DNA of 32,000 nucleotides, taken from the NCBI RefSeq assembly GCF_013365455.1, contig NZ_CP046578.1:540001-572000 (forward strand), given 5' to 3'. The notes under the pieces are model-generated. The model did no database searches. It saw nothing but the letters and a program-made list of their open reading frames with translations, and was not told the DNA's origin. The position numbers were made by a program, and so were the translations under genes. This DNA is from Wolbachia endosymbiont of Dirofilaria (Dirofilaria) immitis. Its GTDB lineage: Bacteria > Pseudomonadota > Alphaproteobacteria > Rickettsiales > Anaplasmataceae. Below, piece after piece: positions 1-9,778 of the stretch. The number at the start of each line of letters is the position of its first letter. Position 1 is the first letter of the stretch.

Positions 1-669
1 CTTTACACTTTTATACAGGCCTTTGACCTTATTAATATTCTTCTTAGTACATTGCTGTATTACTTTAAGCTTTTTTTTCACTTCAATAGGTAAATTACAA
101 ATCACATCACTTACTACATCATCAAAAAAACTTGCACCCTGACTAGCTGCTATCACTAATATATTCAAGCTCTTTCCAGAGTGAATATAAGAATAGTCCT
201 GCGCTCTTACATAAACAAAATTTCCTGTAAAAATACACCTATTGCTCTCTACATATTTAGTTTCTGGAAAGCTAGTCGCAATCAGCTCTGCACTATTAAG
301 AAAAAATCTATTTACCCTTCCTAAAACTATATTTTGTTCATGTAAAATTACAGGTATAAAAAGAATTTTTGCCGCAAGAAGAGTTGGAAAAGAAGCATAG
401 CTGCCAAAACCAATAACTAGCCTTGGCTTCAATTTTTTTATTCGACACAATGCTAATATAAAACTATACGTTAACAAAAGGAAAAATTTAAATTTACTGC
501 TGCTTGGCTTACATAATGGTAGGGTATAGCTCTCTACATCTGTATTTTTATCTATTTTTTTATTAGTAAACAATATACAACTGTACCCTTGCAACTCTAG
601 TGCTTTCGCCAAGGTCATAGCTGGAAAAATGTGCCCACCTGTTCCGCCTGTTGCGAGAATAATATCCAT
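1..669 (-). CDS. murG: MurG, UDP-N-acetylglucosamine:lipid I N-acetylglucosamine transferase. N-terminal 223 codons only; the 3' end runs off the left edge of the window.
   Basis: Absent from the ORF track because there is no stop inside the window. Hand translation of the minus strand from the ATG at 669-667 gives MDIILATGGTGGHIFPAMTLAKALELQGYSCILF...LVIGFGSYASFPTLLAAKILFIPVILHEQNIVLGRVNRFF. In the stretches I translated (669-301 and the last codons) there is no stop, and the frame ends on a complete codon at base 1. The GGTGGH glycine loop and the HEQN motif are MurG hallmarks. Confidence 0.9.
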   Translation of the reverse strand, partial: MDIILATGGTGGHIFPAMTLAKALELQGYSCILFTNKKIDKNTDVESYTLPLCKPSSSKFKFFLLLTYSFILALCRIKKLKPRLVIGFGSYASFPTLLAAKILFIPVILHEQNIVLGRVNRFFLNSAELIATSFPETKYVESNRCIFTGNFVYVRAQDYSYIHSGKSLNILVIAASQGASFFDDVVSDVICNLPIEVKKKLKVIQQCTKKNINKVKGLYKSVK

Positions 670-1104
670 CTGCGTATAGCAATTAGTATTAGATTGTTAA
701 CTATTATTTAATAATTTGCACATTGAATTCTATCAAGCTTTATAGTAGAAAGTCAAAAGTACTTAACAAAAATAAGCCTAAAGACAAATAGAAGCCAAAA
801 TGAAGAGGCTTCACATGGAACTGCTAAAAAGTAGATAAAAGTTTCCTTAATTTGAGTGTCAGTATATTTCAGCAAAAGCTGACATAACAAAAATGGGAAA
901 CACTAATTTAAGCAACAAGATTTAGGTAATAAAGGATACAAAAGATCTCAAATCCGAAGATAAAGCTTAAAGTGAAAGCAGCAGCCGAAGAACTAAAAGA
1001 AAGGTAACAGAAGCCTGACAATGATATCAATCCGTTATAGGTTAAAACACATAATAAAACTTCTGCTCAAGATACTTGCAGCTTTAAAATAATGGAACGC
1101 TAAC

Positions 1105-2490
1105 TCAACTATTTAGTGACTCATTATCCGCAGCAAGTACTGATTCATGTATCATTTCCGAAACAGTTGGGTGAGGAAAAATTGTAGATTTTATATCAAG
1201 ATCTGTTGCTTCTATTTGCTTTGCAAAAACAAAATTGCTAACCAACTCTGTTACTTCCGCTCCTAACAGGTGAGCTCCAAGTAGCTCACCTGTTTTTTTA
1301 TCTATTACCGTTTTCACTAATCCTCCAGTTTCATCGAACACAATAGATTTACCATTAAAGTTAGAATAAAACTTTCCTACTTTTATATCATATCCACCTT
1401 TAATCGCTTGTTCTTCAGTTAGGCCAACACTTGCTATTTGTGGGTGAGAGTAAGTACAATTTGGTATGCACTCTTTTTTTAATACATGAGTACCCTTACC
1501 AGCAATCTTTTCAACACAGATCATAGCTTCATAACTCGCTTTATGTGCTAAACATGGAGGGCCAGCTACATCACCTATTGCATATATATTCGGCTCACAT
1601 GTTTCATACCATTCATTCGTTTCAATAAAGCCAGAAGGACTCAATTTAATCTTTGTATTCTCTAGACCTATATTCTCAGTGTTTGCTTGAACGCCAACTG
1701 CAACAATCACTCTATCAAATTCCTTGCTTTTACCACTACTTAGCTGTACTTTAACAGAGCCTCTATTTTTAGTTACAGTCTTTATACTATTGTTTGTATA
1801 TATTTTTATTCCCTGTTTCATAAATATTTCTTGCGCTAATCCTGAAATATCCCTATCTTCTAACGGCAAAATAGTGTCTTTTACCTCTATAATTGAAACA
1901 TCAACTCCCAAAGTACTACAGAAGCTTGCAAATTCCACCCCAATTGCACCAGATCCTATGATTAGCAACGATTTTGGTAATTTCTCTGGAGCTACAGCAT
2001 GACGAGCACTCCATATCAAGTCTCCATCTACTTCCACTCCAGGCAGATTTCGTGCTCTTACACCTGTTGCTAAAATAATATGCTTAGAAGAAATTTCTTG
2101 CTCTTTTCCGCTACTAAAAATCCTTATAGTACAATTACCTACAAGTTTACCAAAACCATGATAGACTTTAATGTCATTTTTTTTCATTAAGTATGAAAGA
2201 CTACTTGACAATTTATCAATAATATTTTTTGAGTATTTTACTATCGATTGTATATCAAAGCTCACATCCTTTACCTTTATACCAAACCTCTCCGATTTCT
2301 TTATAAGTCCATAGACTTCAGATGCCCTAAGTATCGATTTAGTTGGTATGCATCCCCAATTTAAGCATACGCCACCTAATTTTTCTTCTTTTTCAACAAT
2401 TGCAGCTTTAAACCCAAGCTGTACCGCTCTAATTGCTGCTATATAGCCACCAGGACCACCACCTACAACTACTATATCATATCTATCCAT
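1105..2490 (-). CDS. lpdA: Dihydrolipoyl dehydrogenase (E3 component of 2-oxoacid dehydrogenase complexes)
   Basis: 461-aa ORF. It has the N-terminal FAD fold VVGGGPGGY, the redox-active disulfide motif CLNWGCIPTK, a second dinucleotide fold IIGSGAIGVEF, and the C-terminal interface motif HPTVSE. Confidence 0.95.
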   Translation of the reverse strand: MDRYDIVVVGGGPGGYIAAIRAVQLGFKAAIVEKEEKLGGVCLNWGCIPTKSILRASEVYGLIKKSERFGIKVKDVSFDIQSIVKYSKNIIDKLSSSLSYLMKKNDIKVYHGFGKLVGNCTIRIFSSGKEQEISSKHIILATGVRARNLPGVEVDGDLIWSARHAVAPEKLPKSLLIIGSGAIGVEFASFCSTLGVDVSIIEVKDTILPLEDRDISGLAQEIFMKQGIKIYTNNSIKTVTKNRGSVKVQLSSGKSKEFDRVIVAVGVQANTENIGLENTKIKLSPSGFIETNEWYETCEPNIYAIGDVAGPPCLAHKASYEAMICVEKIAGKGTHVLKKECIPNCTYSHPQIASVGLTEEQAIKGGYDIKVGKFYSNFNGKSIVFDETGGLVKTVIDKKTGELLGAHLLGAEVTELVSNFVFAKQIEATDLDIKSTIFPHPTVSEMIHESVLAADNESLNS

Positions 2491-3371
2491 TATCTTTCAT
2501 ATTTAGAAACACTATATATAACAAATGGAACTAATATAATCAATGGCATTACTCCCCACTATCTAAATAGTTAACTAGCTTACGTTCTTAATTCATAAGA
2601 ACAGTATCAAAAACTACTTAACAGACTTCTCCAGCCTCTCTATCATAACAATAAAGATATTTAGTTATCTTCATAATCTGCACAAGTTGAATAACAAAAG
2701 CATCACGTAGTTGGTATCTTATGTTTAATTTTGTGCGGTATGTATCACCCAATGTACTTATAAAGTTTCAAGCTTTTACCACTTATACAAGCTGAAGTAC
2801 GCTTATAAAGTTTTAGAATAATAATAGACACCAGCTTATATGAGATTAGAAAGAATAGCTAGTCATTATAAGATTTCTTTTACCTCCTTCCTTTATTTAA
2901 TAAATTTATCAATGTCTATAACTGAAAATTATACAAATGCTGTAATTACAGGATCAACCACTGCTAGTGAGGTGCCATTCTAGTACTCTCATGATATCAT
3001 CTAAGTAGCCAGCTCTGAGGTTTAGCAGGTTTGTTTACTATACATAAAAAGTTTATATTTATACACTCATAAATAAATACAATAAAGTTTTACATATAGA
3101 CGCTACATAAAAATCCAGTTAAATAAGCTTGAAAACATAAAAACAAGGTTATTTCTAGCTTTGCACTAAAATATGATATGTAAAAACTAGAAAAGAGAGT
3201 TAAAAAAATTAATTTGATTGTGAAAAGAAATCTATATATTAGGTTAATTTATATAAAGAAATCATAAAATAAAACTAGATCCCAGTGTTAGGAACTCTTA
3301 AGATGACAGGAAAAAAGGAGCTACATATCTATAAACATACATTGCTTTAGCCCTATCATCTAATTCAGGAA

Positions 3372-4748
3372 TTAGTCAGCAATCACCTTATTTCTACCAC
3401 TATTCTTTGCTTTATATAAATACCTGTCAGCACGTACTATAAATTTTTTAATATTATCATCAGATTTTTGCATTTCTGTAACTCCAATACTTACAGTTAC
3501 ATTATGAGTTGTGTTTTTGTCTGAAAATGCAAAAGGTTCCATAGCAATAATTTTGCGTATCCTTTCTGCAACAGCATGAGCATCCGATATGCTAGCGTCT
3601 GGCATTACAACAACAAATTCCTCACCACCAAACCTAGCTAACAAATCCGTTACTCTAATATTTTCAGAAATTCTTTTCTGTATTTGCTTTAAAAGCTCAT
3701 CACCAGCACTATGTCCAAAATCGTCATTCACTACTTTAAAATAGTCTATGTCAAGTATCATAAGAGATAGCCTCCTATTCTTCTCTATAGAGTCCTTAAC
3801 AATATTTTTTAAGTGTGCATCAAAATATCTTCTATTATAACAGTTAGTTAGTGGATCCTTTATAGACATTTCCATATTATTGAATAAGTTCATTCTCAAA
3901 GCATCTTGATACCTCTTGCGCTTCACTTGTAAATTAACTCTTGCTATCAACTCACTTTCGTCTAATGGCACTGTTAAGTAGTCGTTAGCACCAACATCCA
4001 GTGCTTTTACTAAATTGCTTTTATCGTAATCTTCAGAAAGAATCAGAATTGGTGTATAACGTGTTTCTACTTTACTACGAAACTCAGAACATAAACGTAG
4101 GCCATCGGTTTTCGAGAATTGCATATCTGAAATAATTAAATCGTAATTATCTTCAATACCAACCTTTAATGCTTCAATTGGGTCATTTAGTATTTTAATC
4201 AACCTAAAGCGCTGTTTTAGTACATTATATATCTGCCGCCCTGCCTGAAAGATATCTTCATCTATAACAAGTATGTTAGCATCAAGAATCTGGTTGGAAT
4301 AACCCATAATACTACTTCCTTCCACCCCACCAATTTCAGCATTAGTTTCCCCTCTTAAACGCAATTCATCTATTATCATCTTTAAGCGTGTAAGAGATTT
4401 AATTCGTGCAGATAGAGCAGTTTCATCTATCGGTTTAGTCAAAAAGTCATCTGCACCAGCATTAATACCTTGTACTCTATCGTAAGTATCATGCAGTACA
4501 GTCACCATAATTATTGGAATATGAGTTGTTAAGGGATCACTCTTTAAGCTCCTACAGACTTCAAAGCCATTTATTTTTGGCATCATAATATCGAGCAATA
4601 TAATATCAGGCTGTTGTTTCGCTACTAAGTCTATAGCTTCTTTACCATCATGAGCTACAATAACTGCATAGTACTCCGCTTTTAGCCGAGCTTCTAAAAG
4701 CTTAACATTAGATAGCACATCATCTACTACCAGTATCTTCGCTGTCAT
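3372..4748 (-). CDS. pleD: PleD-type response regulator diguanylate cyclase (REC-REC-GGDEF)
   Basis: 458-aa ORF. The first receiver starts KILVVDD and has the phospho-acceptor context ILLDIMMP. A second, degenerate receiver follows (ILVIDED...IISDMQF). The C-terminal GGDEF domain has the active site GGEEF, preceded by an RxxD I-site (RVTD) at the canonical 5-residue spacing. Confidence 0.93.
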   Translation of the reverse strand: MTAKILVVDDVLSNVKLLEARLKAEYYAVIVAHDGKEAIDLVAKQQPDIILLDIMMPKINGFEVCRSLKSDPLTTHIPIIMVTVLHDTYDRVQGINAGADDFLTKPIDETALSARIKSLTRLKMIIDELRLRGETNAEIGGVEGSSIMGYSNQILDANILVIDEDIFQAGRQIYNVLKQRFRLIKILNDPIEALKVGIEDNYDLIISDMQFSKTDGLRLCSEFRSKVETRYTPILILSEDYDKSNLVKALDVGANDYLTVPLDESELIARVNLQVKRKRYQDALRMNLFNNMEMSIKDPLTNCYNRRYFDAHLKNIVKDSIEKNRRLSLMILDIDYFKVVNDDFGHSAGDELLKQIQKRISENIRVTDLLARFGGEEFVVVMPDASISDAHAVAERIRKIIAMEPFAFSDKNTTHNVTVSIGVTEMQKSDDNIKKFIVRADRYLYKAKNSGRNKVIAD

Positions 4749-5016
4749 TATCTTTAGATATATTATCTATATTGTAACTAGGATAAAATTTGCCATCTTT
4801 ACCAACTATATAATTTACCTTCTCGTGGTTATGCTCCTTACATAAATCTTCAATTCCAGCATTTTCTAACAAGCTTCTGATTCTTGACTTTACGATTACA
4901 AAATACCTATATATATCCCTAATAAAACTAATAAACACAGGCACCTTATTTTTATCAAGAACAATCACACCCACTAGAGCTACAACTAAAATTTCTGGAA
5001 GGCCTATGTTGAACAT
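4720..5016 (-). CDS. tatB: TatA/TatB-family Sec-independent translocase component (TatB-like)
   Basis: 98-aa ORF. The N-terminus MFNIGLPEILVVALVGVIVLDKNKVPV aligns by eye with the E. coli TatB N-terminus [27 protein letters not shown]: a transmembrane helix with Glu8, followed by an amphipathic basic segment. It starts 4 nt after the gdh stop and overlaps the pleD start by 29 nt. Confidence 0.7.
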   Translation of the reverse strand: MFNIGLPEILVVALVGVIVLDKNKVPVFISFIRDIYRYFVIVKSRIRSLLENAGIEDLCKEHNHEKVNYIVGKDGKFYPSYNIDNISKDNDSEDTGSR

Positions 5017-5020
5017 TTTC

Positions 5021-8000
5021 TTATGAGGCGAGCACCTTAATTCTTCTAATTATAAATACCAATTTGCTTAAATCAAGCTTAGAAGCAACCATTTCATTTA
5101 AGAAGCTATTGTAATGTTCTATGTAATCTACATCATCACGTGCCCAAGCCTGGACCTTATTTTCACAGTCATTAGCTGATTTTATAACTTTAACAGTTAG
5201 CTTGTAATGATAATTACTTAAATCATCCAATAGATCATTAATTAAGCTACGATCCCAATAAGAAGAATGACTCTTCATCTTAATAGCAATTGTTCTAATC
5301 AGATCAAATCTTAGTAGCGATTTTAACTCAAAGTATATTTTACCAACATTGAGAATAGATAAAGATGTTTGCTCAGAAATAGATATAACGTCCAATGCAT
5401 AAGCCAAAATGCACAAGTCAGCAACTTTCTTCGCTAGATCTTTATCTATATTAAGTTCTATTAAAGAAACGGACCCATGACGATAAACTTTCAATAGATG
5501 TTCATCTAAAACATCAGTCAAGTTCTGACCTAGAGTTTCAATTGCATCTTTAAACTTTGCAACATCACTCAAATCTATAAAACTAAGTTTACCTAGATTT
5601 TTTACTAACCAAAATGATACCTTACCAATAAACTTTTGCACGCTCCTTACCACTTGCAAGTATGAGCTAACATCAATCTTTCCATCTAATTCATCAATTT
5701 TCTGCCATAAGCTATTTAAACTATATAGATGATTAACAATAATATACAAATTAACTGCCTCGTACACCTTAATTCCAGTTTTTTCAACTAAATTATTAAT
5801 AAATATACACCCCATCCTATTCACTATATCATTTGCAATGCAAGTAGAAACAATTTCTCTACGCAGTTGGTGCTTCAATATAAAATCTCTAAACTCTGTT
5901 GCCATCTCTTGTGGAAAGTAATTTAGTAAGTAATCACGACATAAAGAATCCTTTTCAGGAAGTTCAGAACATATAATCTCACTTTTTATTGCTGTCCTAG
6001 CATAAGACATAAGAATAGCAAGCTGAGGAGAGTTAAAGCCTTCTGCTCCAGTCAACATTCTCGCTATTTCCTCATCAGCTGGAAGAAATTCCACATTTCT
6101 ATCCAATAATCCAGATTTTTCTAAACTGAGCAATAATCTATGGTGCTGTTCCAACCTTTCTTTAGCTTGTAAGCACTCAAGGAGCAACGCTTTCGTTTCA
6201 ACTTTGTTATGGTCTTCAAGCACCTTGGATGCAACTTCATCTATCATACTAGAAAGTATTTCATTCCTTTTTTTTAGGGAAATACCACCTTCTTTCATAA
6301 CTGAAACAAATGCAATTTTGATATTAACTTCAAGATCAGAACATATTACTCCTGCTGAATTATCAATAAAATCTGCATTGATATATCCACCACTTTTAGC
6401 ATATTCTATCCTTCCAAGCTGTGTGCAACCAAGATTACCACCCTCTATGAACATAGAAGCCCTGATATCTCTACCATTCACTCTTAACTCATCGTTTGCT
6501 TTATCACCAACTACATCATGACTTTCACTTTTTGCCTTAACAAAGGTGCCAATTCCCCCATTCCATATCAAATCTACTTCTGCCTTTAGCAAATATCGGA
6601 TCAAGCTGTTTGGAGATAACACGTCCTCTGTTATACCAAAGCACTTTTTCATTTCTCTAGAAACGTTTACCTGTTTACTGCTACGCTCAAACACCCCTCC
6701 ACCTTGAGAAATCAAACCTTTATTATAATCCATCCAAGTTGAAAATGGTAACTCAAAAAGACGTTTACGTTCTGTGAAACTACTTTTTGCATCAGGGTTT
6801 GGATCAATAAAAATATGCATATGGTTAAATGCACCTATCAAACGCACATTTCTTGAAAGTAGCATGCCATTCCCAAATAGATCACCAGCCATATCCCCGA
6901 TCCCAATAACAACCACATTTTGATAAATACTCTTATTAATCTTCCAAAAATGTCTTTGTGCTGCAATCCACGCACCTCTAGCTGTGATACCCATTCTTTT
7001 ATGATCATAACCAGATGATCCACCAGATGCAAACGCATCACCAAGCCAAAAATTATACTCGGAGGCTATTTGGTTAGCATAATCAGAAAATGAAGCAGTA
7101 CCTTTATCTGCCGCAACTACTAAATATGGGTCATCTTCATCATATCTAATCACATTTTTTGGTGGAATTATTTCACCATCAACTATATTATCAGTAACAT
7201 CAAGCATTCCCCTGATAAAATTCTTATAGCATTCAATACCTTTTTCCCTTAAAGTATTTTCATCTCTATAGACTTTCTTTATTACAAATCCACCCTTTGC
7301 ACCAACAGGAACGATAACTGCATTTTTCGTCATCTGAGCTTTCATAAGCCCTAAAATTTCAGTACGAAAATCCTCTGTTCTATCTGACCATCTTAGACCA
7401 CCACGTGCTAATTTTCCTCCTCTTAAATGAATTCCCTCAAAAAGGTTTGAATAAATATACAATTCACAGTATGGACGCGGATTAGGTAAACCATTTATTT
7501 TATTTGAATCAAATTTCATGGATAAGTAAGGTTTATCATTTTGATAATAACTAGTCCTCAAAATGGACATTATCAAGTTAAATATAGAACGTAAAACATA
7601 ATCATGTGAAACATTACTGACTCCCCTCAGAAGTTCTTCAATTTTCTCTCTGAAAATATCAGTAGTTTCTACTCTATCAATATCTATGTTAGGATCAAAT
7701 CTCACATGAAACAGCTGTATCAAATACTTTACTACTTTTGGATACTCTGAGACCACTTTTTGGATATATCCTGGATCGTAGTTAAATGACATTTGCTTTA
7801 AGTAAGCACTTAATGCTCTAATTAGAAGCACTTCTTTCCACTCTAAGCCAGCAATAATGATCAAACTGTTAAAATAGTCATTTTTGATTTCCCTATTGAA
7901 TACTTTCGTAATCGTCATCTCAAACTGCTCTTTTAGAGTGATGTTATTTATTAATTTATCAACCCTTGATAACACAAAATGGTGTATCCACATCCCACCA

Positions 8001-9769
8001 TTAATCTCTATGTAATAACTATTATGAGACAGGATCTTTGTCCCTAAATTCTTAGTAATTTTTAATATCTTCGATAATTCAAGCCCACCGTTACTTGAAG
8101 TGTAAACCTTCAATTGATAATTAAGATTATCACGAGTAAGCTTCAAATCAACTTCACTCGTTCCTTTCCTTCTCACCATCTCTAATTTCTTCATATCATA
8201 ATATGCACTATGAGGTTCAAAACTCTCCTGATAGCTTATTGGAAATGCTTTGCAGTAACGGATGAATATATCTTCAACAGTACTGAAAGTGCCATATAGG
8301 TTATCTATAAAACGATCCTCCCACTTTTCTGTAATATTCCTTAACTTATTTTCAATACACAAAACCTTATCATTAAGAACACTAACACTTTTATTCTTTA
8401 GAACCACATGCAATTTCATTAAATCATACTCATTAATAATATGATTATTGCAAATATCTGAACTTTCCGCATTCGTCTCATTTTTTAATATATCACGTAT
8501 CTTGAACATTAATCTAGCACTAGCATACCGCATTGGTATTAGTATTATACAACTAATAAAATTCCCTACTCTTCTTAAAAAGAGTTTAACTCTTGGCCTA
8601 ATTGCAAGAGACATGATTGAAGTACAAATCTTAAATAATTCGTCTTCATTCGATTGAAATAATTCATCACAAGAAAATGCTTGTAAAATAGAAACCAAAG
8701 CCTTATTATTGTGTCCACCAGGCACAAATCCTGTTTTTCTCTCTATTGCTTTAACTTTACTCTTTACTATTGGAATAGTGCGAATATCCTGAACTTCTGC
8801 TATAGAAGTAAATAATCCAAAAAAACGACTCTCCTTTACCATATTACCCTGATCATTAAATTCTTTCACTCCTATACAATTCATGTATGTACGTCGATGA
8901 ACTATTGAGATCAGATCTGACCTTATTATATACAAATTCAAATCCTCAGAAGAAGTTAAAGAACCTTGATATTCTTTGCTTGCTCTCATCAAACCAAGAT
9001 TTTTCTCATCACTAGAAACAAGTTTTCCATCTCTATCGGTAATGCATTCTTGATAACCTAAAAATATAAAATTATTATTTCTCAACCAAATTAGAAAATC
9101 TATAACTTGATCAGCAGTATACAACGGTGAAACCTGGACCTTAACATCTGTTATTTGAGTAACAGAACAAAGTCCATTCTTCATTTCGTCTAGCCTTTGT
9201 AGCATTAGGCGCCAATCTTTTACAACATAATTAACTGCCTTCAGTGTTTCTCGTAGAGACTCTTTCAGAGTATTAACAAAACTATCACTTATACCCTTAA
9301 TAATTACATATATCACCGACTCCTTTACACCATTATTTTCTTCTACATCATAAATCTCATCAATCAAGCCACTTTTTCTTTTAATATTAATTACACTATT
9401 ACTATAATAGTATATAGTCAAGTCGTGCGATTTAATAGCAGCAACAACAGAGTCAACCAGAAAAGGCATATCATCATTCGTTATCTTAACTATAGTAAAA
9501 TTACCCTTTACTCCTGGTATATCATTTACATTACTTACCCTTAATTTACTTTTCTCTCTTTCCTTTTTAAGAATGAAGTTGTATGCATCCTCTGCAATAT
9601 ACAGAAGGAACCTATTATTAACCTTCAAATCACTACTATAAACAAAACTATAAAAATACTTTACAAATTCTCTAATTTTTTCTTTTTCTTTTTTGTTCCC
9701 TTGATTAATCAACTTAAATAAAGATTCAGTGTCAATATTATTATTCACACACATTTTTTCACGCAACAC
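5021..9769 (-). CDS. gdhB: Large (about 180 kDa) NAD-specific glutamate dehydrogenase (Bac_GDH family)
   Basis: 1582-aa uninterrupted ORF, the size class typical of this family. The conserved catalytic-core motif RGGLRWSDRTEDFRTEILGLMKAQMTKNAVIVPVGAKGGF is present. The start may instead be the Met 5 codons downstream. Confidence 0.9.
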   Translation of the reverse strand: MLREKMCVNNNIDTESLFKLINQGNKKEKEKIREFVKYFYSFVYSSDLKVNNRFLLYIAEDAYNFILKKEREKSKLRVSNVNDIPGVKGNFTIVKITNDDMPFLVDSVVAAIKSHDLTIYYYSNSVINIKRKSGLIDEIYDVEENNGVKESVIYVIIKGISDSFVNTLKESLRETLKAVNYVVKDWRLMLQRLDEMKNGLCSVTQITDVKVQVSPLYTADQVIDFLIWLRNNNFIFLGYQECITDRDGKLVSSDEKNLGLMRASKEYQGSLTSSEDLNLYIIRSDLISIVHRRTYMNCIGVKEFNDQGNMVKESRFFGLFTSIAEVQDIRTIPIVKSKVKAIERKTGFVPGGHNNKALVSILQAFSCDELFQSNEDELFKICTSIMSLAIRPRVKLFLRRVGNFISCIILIPMRYASARLMFKIRDILKNETNAESSDICNNHIINEYDLMKLHVVLKNKSVSVLNDKVLCIENKLRNITEKWEDRFIDNLYGTFSTVEDIFIRYCKAFPISYQESFEPHSAYYDMKKLEMVRRKGTSEVDLKLTRDNLNYQLKVYTSSNGGLELSKILKITKNLGTKILSHNSYYIEINGGMWIHHFVLSRVDKLINNITLKEQFEMTITKVFNREIKNDYFNSLIIIAGLEWKEVLLIRALSAYLKQMSFNYDPGYIQKVVSEYPKVVKYLIQLFHVRFDPNIDIDRVETTDIFREKIEELLRGVSNVSHDYVLRSIFNLIMSILRTSYYQNDKPYLSMKFDSNKINGLPNPRPYCELYIYSNLFEGIHLRGGKLARGGLRWSDRTEDFRTEILGLMKAQMTKNAVIVPVGAKGGFVIKKVYRDENTLREKGIECYKNFIRGMLDVTDNIVDGEIIPPKNVIRYDEDDPYLVVAADKGTASFSDYANQIASEYNFWLGDAFASGGSSGYDHKRMGITARGAWIAAQRHFWKINKSIYQNVVVIGIGDMAGDLFGNGMLLSRNVRLIGAFNHMHIFIDPNPDAKSSFTERKRLFELPFSTWMDYNKGLISQGGGVFERSSKQVNVSREMKKCFGITEDVLSPNSLIRYLLKAEVDLIWNGGIGTFVKAKSESHDVVGDKANDELRVNGRDIRASMFIEGGNLGCTQLGRIEYAKSGGYINADFIDNSAGVICSDLEVNIKIAFVSVMKEGGISLKKRNEILSSMIDEVASKVLEDHNKVETKALLLECLQAKERLEQHHRLLLSLEKSGLLDRNVEFLPADEEIARMLTGAEGFNSPQLAILMSYARTAIKSEIICSELPEKDSLCRDYLLNYFPQEMATEFRDFILKHQLRREIVSTCIANDIVNRMGCIFINNLVEKTGIKVYEAVNLYIIVNHLYSLNSLWQKIDELDGKIDVSSYLQVVRSVQKFIGKVSFWLVKNLGKLSFIDLSDVAKFKDAIETLGQNLTDVLDEHLLKVYRHGSVSLIELNIDKDLAKKVADLCILAYALDVISISEQTSLSILNVGKIYFELKSLLRFDLIRTIAIKMKSHSSYWDRSLINDLLDDLSNYHYKLTVKVIKSANDCENKVQAWARDDVDYIEHYNSFLNEMVASKLDLSKLVFIIRRIKVLAS

Positions 9770-9778
9770 ACAGTAATT

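Noticed and set aside
697-712. CtrA-box-like TTAA-N7-TTAAT about 30 bp upstream of murG.
   Set aside because: TTAA-N7-TTAA is expected many times by chance in a 32-kb window at this AT content. The final consensus C is missing.
2491-3371. Search of the long spacers for tmRNA, RNase P RNA, 6S RNA or additional tRNAs.
   Set aside because: I saw no GAGGAAAGTCC-type RNase P motif, no tRNA-like …GGTTCGA.TCC…CCA 3' end, and no GC-rich structured island other than tRNA-Leu and the element at 31264-31343. A covariance-model scan would be the decisive test.
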